Shown piece by piece: positions 1 to 9,357 of a stretch of 64,000 bases of DNA (position 1 is its first letter; each line of letters begins with the position of its first letter). A model generated the notes under the pieces. That model made no database searches. It was not told the DNA's origin and saw only the letters and a program-made list of their open reading frames with translations. This stretch comes from Escherichia coli (GTDB lineage Bacteria > Pseudomonadota > Gammaproteobacteria > Enterobacterales > Enterobacteriaceae). A program made the position numbers and the translations under genes. The DNA lies in NCBI RefSeq assembly GCF_048403405.1, contig NZ_CP183129.1. One strand, 5' to 3'.

Positions 1-634
1 CAGCGATTTTGCCAGTAACCCGGAACCACGTTGCCCCTGCATTTTGCTGCTGGATGTTTCTGGTTCTATGAACGGTAGACCTATTAATGAACTTAACGCC
101 GGATTGGTTACCTTTCGCGATGAGCTGCTTGCCGATTCGCTGGCCTTAAAAAGAGTGGAACTCGGCATTGTGACGTTCGGCCCGGTGCATGTGGAACAAC
201 CCTTTACCAGCGCCGCTAATTTTTTCCCGCCCATCCTGTTTGCCCAGGGCGATACACCAATGGGCGCTGCCATTACCAAAGCCCTGGATATGGTAGAGGA
301 GCGGAAACGTGAGTATCGTGCAAATGGTATTTCGTATTATCGCCCGTGGATTTTCCTGATCACCGATGGCGCTCCAACCGATGAGTGGCAGGCTGCCGCC
401 AACAAAGTGTTTCAGGGGGAAGAAGATAAGAAGTTTGCCTTCTTTTCCATCGGTGTTCAGGGGGCGGATATGAAGACTTTGGCACAAATCAGCGTTCGTC
501 AGCCTTTGCCACTGCAGGGATTACAATTCCGTGAACTGTTTAGCTGGTTATCCAGTTCGCTGCGTTCGGTTTCCCGCTCCACGCCGGGAACGGAAGTTGT
601 GCTGGAAGCGCCAAAAGGCTGGACGTCAGTGTGA
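1..634 (+). CDS. yegL: VWA (von Willebrand factor A / TerY-like) domain protein YegL, 5' end cut by window edge
   Basis: The frame is open from nt 2 ([23 protein letters not shown]...). It has a MIDAS-type DxSxS motif (DVSGSM) and ITDGAPTD. The TGA stop at 632-634 overlaps the GTG start of the next gene (GTGA). Matches E. coli YegL as recalled. Confidence 0.9.
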   Translation, partial: SDFASNPEPRCPCILLLDVSGSMNGRPINELNAGLVTFRDELLADSLALKRVELGIVTFGPVHVEQPFTSAANFFPPILFAQGDTPMGAAITKALDMVEERKREYRANGISYYRPWIFLITDGAPTDEWQAAANKVFQGEEDKKFAFFSIGVQGADMKTLAQISVRQPLPLQGLQFRELFSWLSSSLRSVSRSTPGTEVVLEAPKGWTSV

Positions 635-1392
635 GCTGGCGTCTGGTCTATGCATCAACCGTTGGAACGTCGCACATCAGCGCGGACTTGCCTTGCCAGG
701 ATGCCTGCCAGATGCAGGTTGCCTGGTTAAATGACCAGCAGCCATTATTGTCGGTATTTGTCGCCGATGGCGCAGGTAGCGTCTCGCAGGGTGGCGAAGG
801 TGCGGAGCTTGCCGTTAATGAAGCGATGGCTTATATGATGCAAAAATTGCAGGGCGGGGAATTGGGGCTTAATGATGTCCTCGCAACGGATATTGTGCTG
901 ACCGTTCGTCAGCGACTTTTTGCCGAGGCGGAAGCCAAAGAATTAGCTGTTCGCGATTTTGCCTGCACGTTTATGGGATTGATTTCATCAGCTAATGGCA
1001 CCCTGATTATGCAGATTGGCGATGGCGGCGTGGTGGTAGATTTGGGGCACGGTCTGCAACTGCCGCTCACGCCGATGGTAGGTGAATATGCCAATATGAC
1101 ACACTTCATTACTGATGAAGATGCCGTTTCCAGACTGGAAACTTTCACCAGCACTGAGCGTGCGCATAAAGTTGCAGCATTTACGGATGGTATCCAGCGG
1201 CTGGCGTTAAATATGCTGGATAATTCTCCCCATGTGCCTTTCTTTACCCCGTTTTTCAATGGGCTGGCGTCAGCAACGCAGGAACAACTCGATTTATTAC
1301 CTGAATTGTTAAAGCAGTTTTTGTCCAGCCCGGCGGTAAACGAGCGTACGGATGATGATAAAACGTTGGCACTGGCGCTGTGGTTACCATGA
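631..1392 (+). CDS. yegK: PP2C-like Ser/Thr protein phosphatase YegK (PphC)
   Basis: 253 aa. PP2C_2-like acidic/Gly motifs ([19 protein letters not shown]). GTG start overlaps the yegL stop, and its TGA stop overlaps the yegI ATG (ATGA at 1389-1392). Confidence 0.9.
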   Translation: MSWRLVYASTVGTSHISADLPCQDACQMQVAWLNDQQPLLSVFVADGAGSVSQGGEGAELAVNEAMAYMMQKLQGGELGLNDVLATDIVLTVRQRLFAEAEAKELAVRDFACTFMGLISSANGTLIMQIGDGGVVVDLGHGLQLPLTPMVGEYANMTHFITDEDAVSRLETFTSTERAHKVAAFTDGIQRLALNMLDNSPHVPFFTPFFNGLASATQEQLDLLPELLKQFLSSPAVNERTDDDKTLALALWLP

Positions 1393-3329
1393 AACCCACT
1401 TTATATACTGCTACTGGTGAGTGCGTTACGCCAGGCTGTGAACTGGGCAAAGGTGGCGAAGGCGCGGTTTATGATATCGAGGAGTTTGTCGATAGCGTCG
1501 CCAAGATTTATCACACGCCGCCACCCGCCTTAAAACAGGACAAACTTGCCTTTATGGCTGCGACAGCTGACGCACAGTTGCTGAATTATGTCGCCTGGCC
1601 GCAGGCAACGCTTCACGGTGGACGAGGCGGAAAAGTTATCGGTTTTATGATGCCAAAAGTTTCTGGTAAAGAACCGATTCATATGATCTATAGCCCGGCA
1701 CATCGTCGCCAGAGTTACCCTCATTGTGCGTGGGATTTTCTACTCTATGTTGCGCGTAATATTGCTTCATCTTTTGCTACGGTTCACGAGCACGGGCATG
1801 TCGTGGGTGACGTAAACCAGAACAGCTTTATGGTAGGCCGTGACAGCAAAGTGGTGTTGATTGATAGCGACTCCTTTCAGATTAACGCCAACGGCACACT
1901 GCATTTATGCGAAGTCGGCGTGTCGCATTTTACGCCGCCAGAGCTGCAAACCTTGCCATCATTTGTCGGCTTTGAACGCACCGCGAATCACGATAATTTT
2001 GGCCTTGCGTTGCTGATTTTTCACGTCTTGTTTGGTGGTCGGCATCCTTATTCCGGTGTACCGCTTATCTCTGATGCGGGTAATGCGCTGGAGACGGATA
2101 TTGCCCATTTCCGTTATGCCTACGCGTCAGATAATCAGCGACGTGGTTTAAAACCGCCGCCACGATCTATTCCGCTGTCGATGTTACCGGGCGATGTTGA
2201 AGCCATGTTTCAGCAGGCATTCACGGAAAGTGGCGTGGCAACCGCGCGTCCGACGGCAAAAGCGTGGGTAGCGGCACTTGATTTACTACGCCAACAGTTA
2301 AAGAAATGTACCGTTTCGGCAATGCATGTTTACCCCGGTCATTTGACTGACTGCCCGTGGTGTGCGCTGGATAATCAAGGCGTTATCTATTTTATTGATC
2401 TCGGCGAAGAGGTCATTACCACCGGCGGTGATTTTGTGCTGGCGAAAGTCTGGGCAATGGTGATGGCGTCAGTAGCACCACCAGCATTGCAACTGCCATT
2501 ACCCGATCATTTCCAACCGACTGGCAGGCCGCTTCCTTTAGGCCTGTTACGGCGTGAATACATCATTCTGATTGAGATCGCACTGTCAGCGTTATCGCTG
2601 CTGCTTTGCGGCCTTCAGGTAGAACCGCGTTATATCATTTTGGTTCCCGTGCTGGCGGCTATCTGGATTATTGGCAGCCTGACAAGCAAAGCGTACAAAG
2701 CAGAAATCCAGCAACGTCGTGAGGCGTTTAATCGCGCGAAAATGGACTATGACCATTTAGTAAGCCAGATCCAACGGCTGGGCGGGCTGGAAGGTTTTAT
2801 CGCCAAACGGGCGATGATCGAAAAAATGAAGGACGAAATTCTCGGGTTACCGGAAGAGGAGAAACGCGCTCTGGCAGCACTTCATGACACTGCAAGGGAA
2901 CGGCAGAAGCAGAAGTTTCTGGAGGGATTTTTTATTGATGTTGCCTCTATTCCCGGCGTTGGCCCTGCGCGTAAAGCGGCGTTACGGTCTTTTGGTATTG
3001 AAACAGCCGCAGATGTTACCCGTCGTGGCGTTAAGCAAGTGAAAGGGTTTGGCGACCATCTGACCCAGGCGGTTATCGACTGGAAAGCGAGTTGTGAACG
3101 CCGTTTTGTGTTCAGGCCGAACGAAGCGGTAACGCCTGCAGACAGACAAGCGGTACTGACTAAAATGGCCGCCAAACGACATCGGCTGGAATCGACGTTG
3201 ACTGTCGGCGCGACAGAGTTGCAGCGATTCCGCCTTCAAGCTCCAGCACGGACCATGCCGTTGATGGAACCGTTACGTCAGGCGGCAGAAAAACTGGCTC
3301 AGGCGCAGGCTGAATTAAGCCGTTGCTGA
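1389..3329 (+). CDS. yegI: Eukaryote-like Ser/Thr protein kinase YegI with TM hairpin, coiled coil and C-terminal tandem HhH motifs
   Basis: Kinase motifs: G-loop GKGGEG, VAKIY lysine, catalytic loop VVGDVNQNSF, DSD (DFG-equivalent) and TPPE. Then CPWC, two hydrophobic helices (IILIEIALSALSLLLCGL, IILVPVLAAIWIIGSL), and IPGVGPARKAALRSFGI plus VKGFGDHLTQAVIDW. The start is taken at ATG 1389 (ATGA coupling). An in-frame GTG at 1380 is an alternative. Confidence 0.9.
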   Translation: MKPTLYTATGECVTPGCELGKGGEGAVYDIEEFVDSVAKIYHTPPPALKQDKLAFMAATADAQLLNYVAWPQATLHGGRGGKVIGFMMPKVSGKEPIHMIYSPAHRRQSYPHCAWDFLLYVARNIASSFATVHEHGHVVGDVNQNSFMVGRDSKVVLIDSDSFQINANGTLHLCEVGVSHFTPPELQTLPSFVGFERTANHDNFGLALLIFHVLFGGRHPYSGVPLISDAGNALETDIAHFRYAYASDNQRRGLKPPPRSIPLSMLPGDVEAMFQQAFTESGVATARPTAKAWVAALDLLRQQLKKCTVSAMHVYPGHLTDCPWCALDNQGVIYFIDLGEEVITTGGDFVLAKVWAMVMASVAPPALQLPLPDHFQPTGRPLPLGLLRREYIILIEIALSALSLLLCGLQVEPRYIILVPVLAAIWIIGSLTSKAYKAEIQQRREAFNRAKMDYDHLVSQIQRLGGLEGFIAKRAMIEKMKDEILGLPEEEKRALAALHDTARERQKQKFLEGFFIDVASIPGVGPARKAALRSFGIETAADVTRRGVKQVKGFGDHLTQAVIDWKASCERRFVFRPNEAVTPADRQAVLTKMAAKRHRLESTLTVGATELQRFRLQAPARTMPLMEPLRQAAEKLAQAQAELSRC

Positions 3330-3341
3330 GCCAGTTTTCAA

Positions 3342-4694
3342 TTAACGAAACACCACTTCCGCCCAGCGTGCCAGCCCGGCGGTGACGGAGCCAAAGTCAT
3401 CGCCGCCTGCAATCGGAATGCCCGGCAACTGTTCTGCCAGCGCCTTTTTAATCAGCGGTGAACGGGCGCTACCGCCGGTCAGGTAGATAACGTCCGGTTT
3501 TTCCTGGGCGTTATCCAGGGCCAGTTGCACCTGTTCCAGAATCCGCGCCAGTGGCTGGCTGAGGGCGCTTTCCAGCCCTTGCTGGCTAATCAGCGTAGCC
3601 AGTTCATCGCTGATAAACGGCAGTGAGGCGCGGGTTTCCGCTACGCTTGAAAGCGCAATTTTGCTCTCTTCTGCGCTACGTACCAGGCGATAGCTTAAAC
3701 GCTGACGCCAGACTTTCTGTAACAGGGCCACTTTTTCCGGTTCGCGGGCATCGCGTACCAGATCGTTAAGCAGACGACCGTTGGCACTACTGTAGAAATC
3801 ACTTTGCGCAGGGACGTCGTTGATGGCAACCGCATTCCACCACGGCAGAATCGGCAGGGCGATGCCTTTTTCGGTTTCGCCCCCCATGCCCAGTAACGGC
3901 ATCAGGTTTTTAAACGCCAGTGCGATATCCAGATCGTTACCGCCAATACGGCAACCACTGTGACCCAGCAGGCTGGCTTCACGATCGAGACGCGAACGCC
4001 ACTGCGGCCCCATCAGCAGCAATGAACAGTCAGTCGTACCACCGCCGATATCCACCACCAGCACCCGTTTTTCTTCCTGCAAGGTGGCTTCGTAATCCAG
4101 CCCAGCCGCGACCGGCTCGTACTGGAATACCACATCCTTAAACCCGGCACGCTTCGCCGCGCGTTCCAGAATCCCCTGCGCCTGGGTGTTTGCTTCATCG
4201 CCGCCAAGCCCCTGGAAGTTGATAGGGCGACCAATTACCGCCTGAGTAATCGCATCCGGCAGCTGTGCCTGCGCCTGCTGGCGAATGTGCAACATCATTG
4301 CGCAGACCAGATCCTCAAACAGCGCTACCTGCTGCGGTTTTAAGCCGCTGGCACCGAGGAACGATTTTGGTGATTTCACAAACCACACTTCTTCTGGATC
4401 ATCAATGTACTGTGCCAGTGAGGAAAGACCGAACTGCACGCTTTTCGCCGTAACATCGATATCTTCTTCGCGGTTATAACGAATCGCCCGACGCAACAGC
4501 GCCTGCGTTTCATCGTCGTCTGCCGGAACATCATGATGGCGGTACAGCCATTCGCTTACCGCTTCACGCGTTGGCGCGCAAAGCATTGAAGGCAGCAGCG
4601 TGCTGTCGTTTTCCATTTTCAGTAATTGCGGCTTACCGTCGCGCATGACCGCCACTGAACAGTTTGCTGTACCGTAATCAAAACCAATAAACAC
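3342..4694 (-). CDS. yegD: Hsp70/actin-fold ATPase (DnaK-like nucleotide-binding domain only) YegD
   Basis: N-terminal FIGFDYGTANCSVA phosphate-1 motif, VVDIGGGTTD phosphate-2 motif and YLTGGSARSP adenosine motif. Choosing the internal GTG start gives 450 aa, matching K-12 YegD. The ORF-track N-terminal extension was trimmed. Confidence 0.88.
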   Translation of the reverse strand: MFIGFDYGTANCSVAVMRDGKPQLLKMENDSTLLPSMLCAPTREAVSEWLYRHHDVPADDDETQALLRRAIRYNREEDIDVTAKSVQFGLSSLAQYIDDPEEVWFVKSPKSFLGASGLKPQQVALFEDLVCAMMLHIRQQAQAQLPDAITQAVIGRPINFQGLGGDEANTQAQGILERAAKRAGFKDVVFQYEPVAAGLDYEATLQEEKRVLVVDIGGGTTDCSLLLMGPQWRSRLDREASLLGHSGCRIGGNDLDIALAFKNLMPLLGMGGETEKGIALPILPWWNAVAINDVPAQSDFYSSANGRLLNDLVRDAREPEKVALLQKVWRQRLSYRLVRSAEESKIALSSVAETRASLPFISDELATLISQQGLESALSQPLARILEQVQLALDNAQEKPDVIYLTGGSARSPLIKKALAEQLPGIPIAGGDDFGSVTAGLARWAEVVFR

Positions 4695-4767
4695 GAAATA
4701 ATCCCCATGCCGGTGAAGAAGGGGCGTGACTTTAGCGAAATGTTGCCGTCGCGACAACCGGAATATG

Positions 4768-4780
4768 AAAGCAAAGCGTA
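4768..4780 (+). promoter_or_regulatory. Candidate Ada-box in alkA promoter (AAAGCAAAGCGTA)
   Basis: Lies about 50 nt upstream of the alkA ATG. Resembles the AAAGCGCA-type Ada binding sequence described for alkA. Recalled from memory, not verified. Confidence 0.35.
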
Positions 4781-4827
4781 GCGTCTGAATAACGTTTATG
4801 CTGAAAGCGGATTAACAAGGAGATGCG

Positions 4828-5685
4828 ATGTATACCCTGAACTGGCAGCCGCCGTATGACTGGTCGTGGATGTTGGGATTTCTCGCCGCCCGTGCGGTGA
4901 ACGGTGTGGAAACGGTCGCTGACGATTATTATGCCCGTAGTCTGGCGGTGGGCGAATATCGCGGCGTGGTGACTGCTATTCCGGATATAGCCCGCCATAC
5001 TCTGCACATAAATTTAAGTGCAGGTTTAGAACCTGTTGCCGCAGAGTGTCTGGCGAAAATGAGCCGCCTGTTTGATCTGCAATGTAACCCGCAGATTGTT
5101 AACGGTGCGTTGGGCAAGTTAGGCGCGGCGCGGCCCGGATTGCGTTTACCCGGCAGTGTTGATGCTTTTGAGCAGGGCGTGCGGGCGATTTTAGGCCAAC
5201 TGGTGAGCGTGGCGATGGCGGCAAAATTGACCGCCAGAGTGGCACAGCTTTATGGCGAACGGCTGGATGATTTTCCGGATTATGTCTGCTTCCCCACGCC
5301 TCAGCGGCTGGCAGCAGCCGACCCGCAGGCATTAAAAGCGTTAGGTATGCCGTTGAAACGGGCAGAGGCGCTGATTAATCTGGCAAATGCGGCGCTGGAG
5401 GGCACCTTACCAATGACAATTCCGGGCGACGTAGAGCAAGCGATGAAAACGCTGCAAACTTTTCCGGGTATCGGGCGCTGGACGGCGAATTATTTCGCCT
5501 TACGTGGCTGGCAGGCGAAAGATGTTTTCCTGCCGGATGATTATCTGATTAAACAGCGATTTCCGGGAATGACACCGGCACAAATCCGCCGTTATGCCGA
5601 ACGCTGGAAGCCCTGGCGTTCTTATGCGCTGTTGCATATCTGGTATACGGAAGGCTGGCAACCAGACGGAACGGACGAATTGTAG
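4828..5685 (+). CDS. alkA: 3-methyladenine DNA glycosylase II
   Basis: 285 aa. MYTLNWQPPYDWSWMLGFLAARAV... matches AlkA. Contains the HhH-GPD motif region (FPGIGRWTANYFALRG). Confidence 0.95.
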   Translation: MYTLNWQPPYDWSWMLGFLAARAVNGVETVADDYYARSLAVGEYRGVVTAIPDIARHTLHINLSAGLEPVAAECLAKMSRLFDLQCNPQIVNGALGKLGAARPGLRLPGSVDAFEQGVRAILGQLVSVAMAAKLTARVAQLYGERLDDFPDYVCFPTPQRLAAADPQALKALGMPLKRAEALINLANAALEGTLPMTIPGDVEQAMKTLQTFPGIGRWTANYFALRGWQAKDVFLPDDYLIKQRFPGMTPAQIRRYAERWKPWRSYALLHIWYTEGWQPDGTDEL

Positions 5686-5706
5686 GCCTGATACGCCGCA
5701 TCAGGC
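5686..5706. repeat. REP-like hairpin between convergent alkA and dgcE
   Basis: gcctgat-acgccgc-atcaggc is a perfect 7-bp stem directly after the alkA stop. It is a typical REP-type sequence and probably a bidirectional transcript-end structure. Confidence 0.5.
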
Positions 5707-5722
5707 GATGGGGAAGCACGCC

Positions 5723-8700
5723 TCAGTTAATCGCGAAATAACTGCTATTCACCAGCAAATCCAGCGGTTGGGCATCGGCAATCACATCGCCATAAATCAG
5801 ATCGACGCCGATGCCAGAAAGCGTATCCATCACCAGGGGTAAAACTACTGGCCCGGCGATGGTCTTCATCCCGAGCCGCTGAGCGTGCCCCTGAATGATC
5901 GTAATCAGCATCTCATCCATCAAATTTCCCTGCACGTTGGCGCATAACTCACCATCAAGTAGCAGGTAATCTGCCATATTCGCTTTCAGCGAGTTGAAGA
6001 TTTGCAGATCGCGGCCCACCTGACTGAATACGATCCGACATCCCGCCAGCCGCAGTTTTTGCACGTTTTCTGCGTGATCTAAAATCGCGTCTGCCGGAAT
6101 AATCAGATGTAATAACCGTGGTGGTAGAGGGCTATTTTCCAGCTGCTCAATTAGTTCATTCACCAGCGTGGCGCTACTCAAACCGGCAACGGAAAGCGGG
6201 AGGGCGATGCTTATACCTTTACTGGCAACCGCTTTGGCGGCCTGCTGGAAAAAATCGTGGAATACCCGTCGGTCAAGAGCATGGCTAAGTGCCGGATCGC
6301 TGAAGCTACGACGAAATGTTTGTTCATCAATAATCTCGCCTTCGCAACTCCAGAGCTTAAGTGAAATCAGCCACAAATTACGCGCTTGCGGGATCCGCGG
6401 CGAAGCGACACCGTGGGCGATCATCATCAACTGATTCTCTTTAATCATCCGCCACTGTTCATCAAGCGACATCACCGCCCGTTCGCTATTTGTGGCAGCT
6501 TGCTGCGGTTCGTAAACCGTCACCCGGCCCCGTCCACCATTTTTGGAGGCATAACAGGCGATATCGGCCTGCGACATCACTTCAGCCGCCTGATGATTGT
6601 TGTCATCAATCAAGGTAATCCCGGCACTGGCACCTACCCGATGTACTCGTCCTTCCCAGATAAAGTGATAGTCATTCACGGCGCTGATAATGCGTGTAGC
6701 GATAAAACGCGCACTTTCGACATTACAATCTGGCAGCAGCAGACCAAATTCATCGCCACCGAGTCGCGCCAGCACGTCGCTGGAGCGCAGCATACTCAGC
6801 ATCAATGACGCCAGTTCGCGCAGTAAAGCGTCGCCAGCGGCGTGCCCGGCGCTGTCATTCACCGCTTTAAAGCGATCAAGATCGATAAACACCAGTGCAT
6901 GTCGCTGATGTGTACTGTTTACCGTTTGCAGCAGGATGCGTAGTTGCTTCTCAAAACTGGCGCGATTGGCGAGATGCGTCAGTGCATCATGGGAGGCGCT
7001 GTAGCTCAGCTGGCGCAGCATTTTGCGCGATTCGGTGACGTCCTGAATCACCAGAACCGAACCAATATTGCTGCCGTCCAGAGTACTTAACGGCGTAATA
7101 CTGTAATGCACGTCGTAGCTGCCGCCGCTTCGGCAGTGCAACACCACATCTTGTTCAATCGCGGAACGTGAGGTGTCGGCACTGTAAATGTTCTCCATTA
7201 ATGGTCCGTTGTCGCCAAAAGTAATATGCAACACCGTCAGGAGCGGAACACCTAACGCTTCTTCCTGCGTCCAGCCGCTCATCTTCTCCGCCACCGGATT
7301 CATAAAGGTAATTTTCATCGCCATATCAATACAGACCACGGCTTCACCGATGGAATCAAGCGTAATGTGCAGGCGCTCTTTTTCCTGAAACAATGCCTCG
7401 TTAAGCTGTTTAACCTCGGTCATATCCATATTAATGCCGAGCAGACGTTCGACTTCGCCTTCTTTATTCAGTACCCGGTTGGCGAGGGCGCGGATATGGC
7501 GGATGCCATCTTTCACGGCAATGCGAAATTCCAGCTTAAAGGGCGAGCGTGATTGCAATGAATCGCGAATCACTTTTTCGGCGTGCTGGCGATCTTCCGG
7601 CAGCACGCACTCGTACCACACCTGCCAGTTCGGTTTGATATGCGGAGGAATTTCATACAGCTCGAACATCCGCTTATCCCAGCTAAAAATATTCGGCTTT
7701 AGCTCCCACTCCCAGATGCCAATCCCGCCCGCTTCGTTAGCCAGCGTGATGCGCTCCATCAGTTGCTGATTCACCTGTTCGGTGCGTTTTAGCTCGTTAA
7801 TGTCTTCAATCTGAGCGATAAAATAGAGCGGCGTACCATCGGTGTGGCGCACCAGTGAGACGGCAAGCAACGCCCAGACAACATCGCCATTGCGGTTGTA
7901 GTAGCGTTTTTCCATTGAATAGGTGTTTATTTCACCGCTGATCAGCTTTTCAACCTGTTGCAGATCTTTATTGAGATCCTCCGGCCAGGTCAGTTGCTGA
8001 AAGGTGAGTCCGCGCAGCTCTTCCTGACTGTAACCGAGAAACTGGCAGAGTGCTTTGTTGGATTGCAGCCATTGCCCCTCGGTGCCCACTAATGCCATGC
8101 CGATGGCGGAATATTCCATGGCGTTACGAAAACGGGTTTCGCTTTCGGAAATGTGTTTGCGTTCCGCACGAAAGGCATACATCACCATGGTCATGATGTT
8201 GGCGGGCAGCAGGATCAGCAAAAACGGTAGCCACGGCATATGGCTCATCAGGTATGTACGCGGCGTAGCAAGCAGGGAGGGATCCGCGGCCATCATCAGT
8301 GACACCATCATCACCGTGGTAAGGAAGATCAAAAAGGCTTCCATTCGTGGCAGGCGCACGGCGCTCCACATCAACAGCACAATAATGAAAGTAAAAGGCC
8401 ACGGCAGATACAGCATCGAAAGCCAGCTTAACGTCAGTGTGATGGCTAACGTGAGCAGCGACTCAAAAAGCAACCGTGGGTTGCGATGGCGCAGCAGATA
8501 GTGTGGTTTAAATAACAATCCCAGCGGCACCAGTGCCAGTGCGCCGATGGATTCTGACAGTACCCATATCAAAAATGCCCTGAGAGGATCGTCTCCGGGC
8601 GTCAGCAGGATAACCAGAACACCCCCTAACAGAGGTGGAACAATGGCGCTGCCGAGTGCCAGACGCAGCCAGTCAGCCAGATTTTGCAATGGGTTATACC

Positions 8701-9040
8701 ACGGCAGCAATTTACGCAGTAGCACTGCCCCGACCACGGCTTCAACAATATTGATGGTCGTCCAGGTCATGTTCAGCGAGCTGGTGGAAAAAAGCAGGAT
8801 GGATGCGGCGATATTTCCCAGCGAGCAGCTCAGCGCAATCCCCGGCCACATGCGCCCGGCATGGCGATAAAACGCCACCATCATGATGGACGTCGGGAAC
8901 CACAGTGGGGCGAGTTGGGTGCCAAACTGCGAAAGCTCAAGCGAGAAAAGGGTAAAGATAAACGAGACTAAACCTAAACTGACCAGGTGAAGCAGCGGGT
9001 GGGGCAGGGCAATTAATACATGCTGTGATTGTTTGCTCAT
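5723..9040 (-). CDS. dgcE: Diguanylate cyclase DgcE (MASE1 - PAS x3 - GGDEF - degenerate EAL)
   Basis: 1105 aa with a polytopic N-terminal membrane domain and PAS-like repeats. The GGDEF motif is RLGGDEFGLLL, with RSSD five residues upstream (I-site). No EAL signature was found in the C-terminal domain. Length equals K-12 YegE/DgcE. Confidence 0.93.
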   Translation of the reverse strand: MSKQSQHVLIALPHPLLHLVSLGLVSFIFTLFSLELSQFGTQLAPLWFPTSIMMVAFYRHAGRMWPGIALSCSLGNIAASILLFSTSSLNMTWTTINIVEAVVGAVLLRKLLPWYNPLQNLADWLRLALGSAIVPPLLGGVLVILLTPGDDPLRAFLIWVLSESIGALALVPLGLLFKPHYLLRHRNPRLLFESLLTLAITLTLSWLSMLYLPWPFTFIIVLLMWSAVRLPRMEAFLIFLTTVMMVSLMMAADPSLLATPRTYLMSHMPWLPFLLILLPANIMTMVMYAFRAERKHISESETRFRNAMEYSAIGMALVGTEGQWLQSNKALCQFLGYSQEELRGLTFQQLTWPEDLNKDLQQVEKLISGEINTYSMEKRYYNRNGDVVWALLAVSLVRHTDGTPLYFIAQIEDINELKRTEQVNQQLMERITLANEAGGIGIWEWELKPNIFSWDKRMFELYEIPPHIKPNWQVWYECVLPEDRQHAEKVIRDSLQSRSPFKLEFRIAVKDGIRHIRALANRVLNKEGEVERLLGINMDMTEVKQLNEALFQEKERLHITLDSIGEAVVCIDMAMKITFMNPVAEKMSGWTQEEALGVPLLTVLHITFGDNGPLMENIYSADTSRSAIEQDVVLHCRSGGSYDVHYSITPLSTLDGSNIGSVLVIQDVTESRKMLRQLSYSASHDALTHLANRASFEKQLRILLQTVNSTHQRHALVFIDLDRFKAVNDSAGHAAGDALLRELASLMLSMLRSSDVLARLGGDEFGLLLPDCNVESARFIATRIISAVNDYHFIWEGRVHRVGASAGITLIDDNNHQAAEVMSQADIACYASKNGGRGRVTVYEPQQAATNSERAVMSLDEQWRMIKENQLMMIAHGVASPRIPQARNLWLISLKLWSCEGEIIDEQTFRRSFSDPALSHALDRRVFHDFFQQAAKAVASKGISIALPLSVAGLSSATLVNELIEQLENSPLPPRLLHLIIPADAILDHAENVQKLRLAGCRIVFSQVGRDLQIFNSLKANMADYLLLDGELCANVQGNLMDEMLITIIQGHAQRLGMKTIAGPVVLPLVMDTLSGIGVDLIYGDVIADAQPLDLLVNSSYFAIN

Positions 9041-9357
9041 TACCGCTTTATCCGCAAGACCAGGTCGCCAGTATTCGTTTCTGTGTTTATGCTAGTACAA
9101 AAGTTTTACATTTTATATGCGAATTGCTCATAAAGTGACGTAAAGGCGGATAATTTGCGCAACTGCGTATAACAATTTTTACCTTGTATAAAACTGATCA
9201 ACGTAATTTGCCACCGGGAATTCTTCGTCAACAATTAACTCTGAGCGCGCGGCAACGCTATTCGACTGGTATCAGGCGGATGAAATCCCTATAATTGCCG
9301 CGTTTGGCGCTTCGTCGCCCCCTTCCTAACATCCAGGTTAATCAGGTCGCTAAATAT

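Noticed and set aside
5655-5685. The AlkA C-terminus (…GWQPDGTDEL) looks a few residues different from the K-12 ending I recall (…GWQPDEA).
   Set aside because: I cannot verify this from memory. It is probably ordinary allelic variation next to a REP-like hairpin.
9041-9357. The dgcE-udk divergent intergenic region considered as a possible hidden small gene or sRNA.
   Set aside because: It contains only AT-rich promoter-like sequence. There is no convincing ORF with an SD, and no terminator-like hairpin defining an sRNA.
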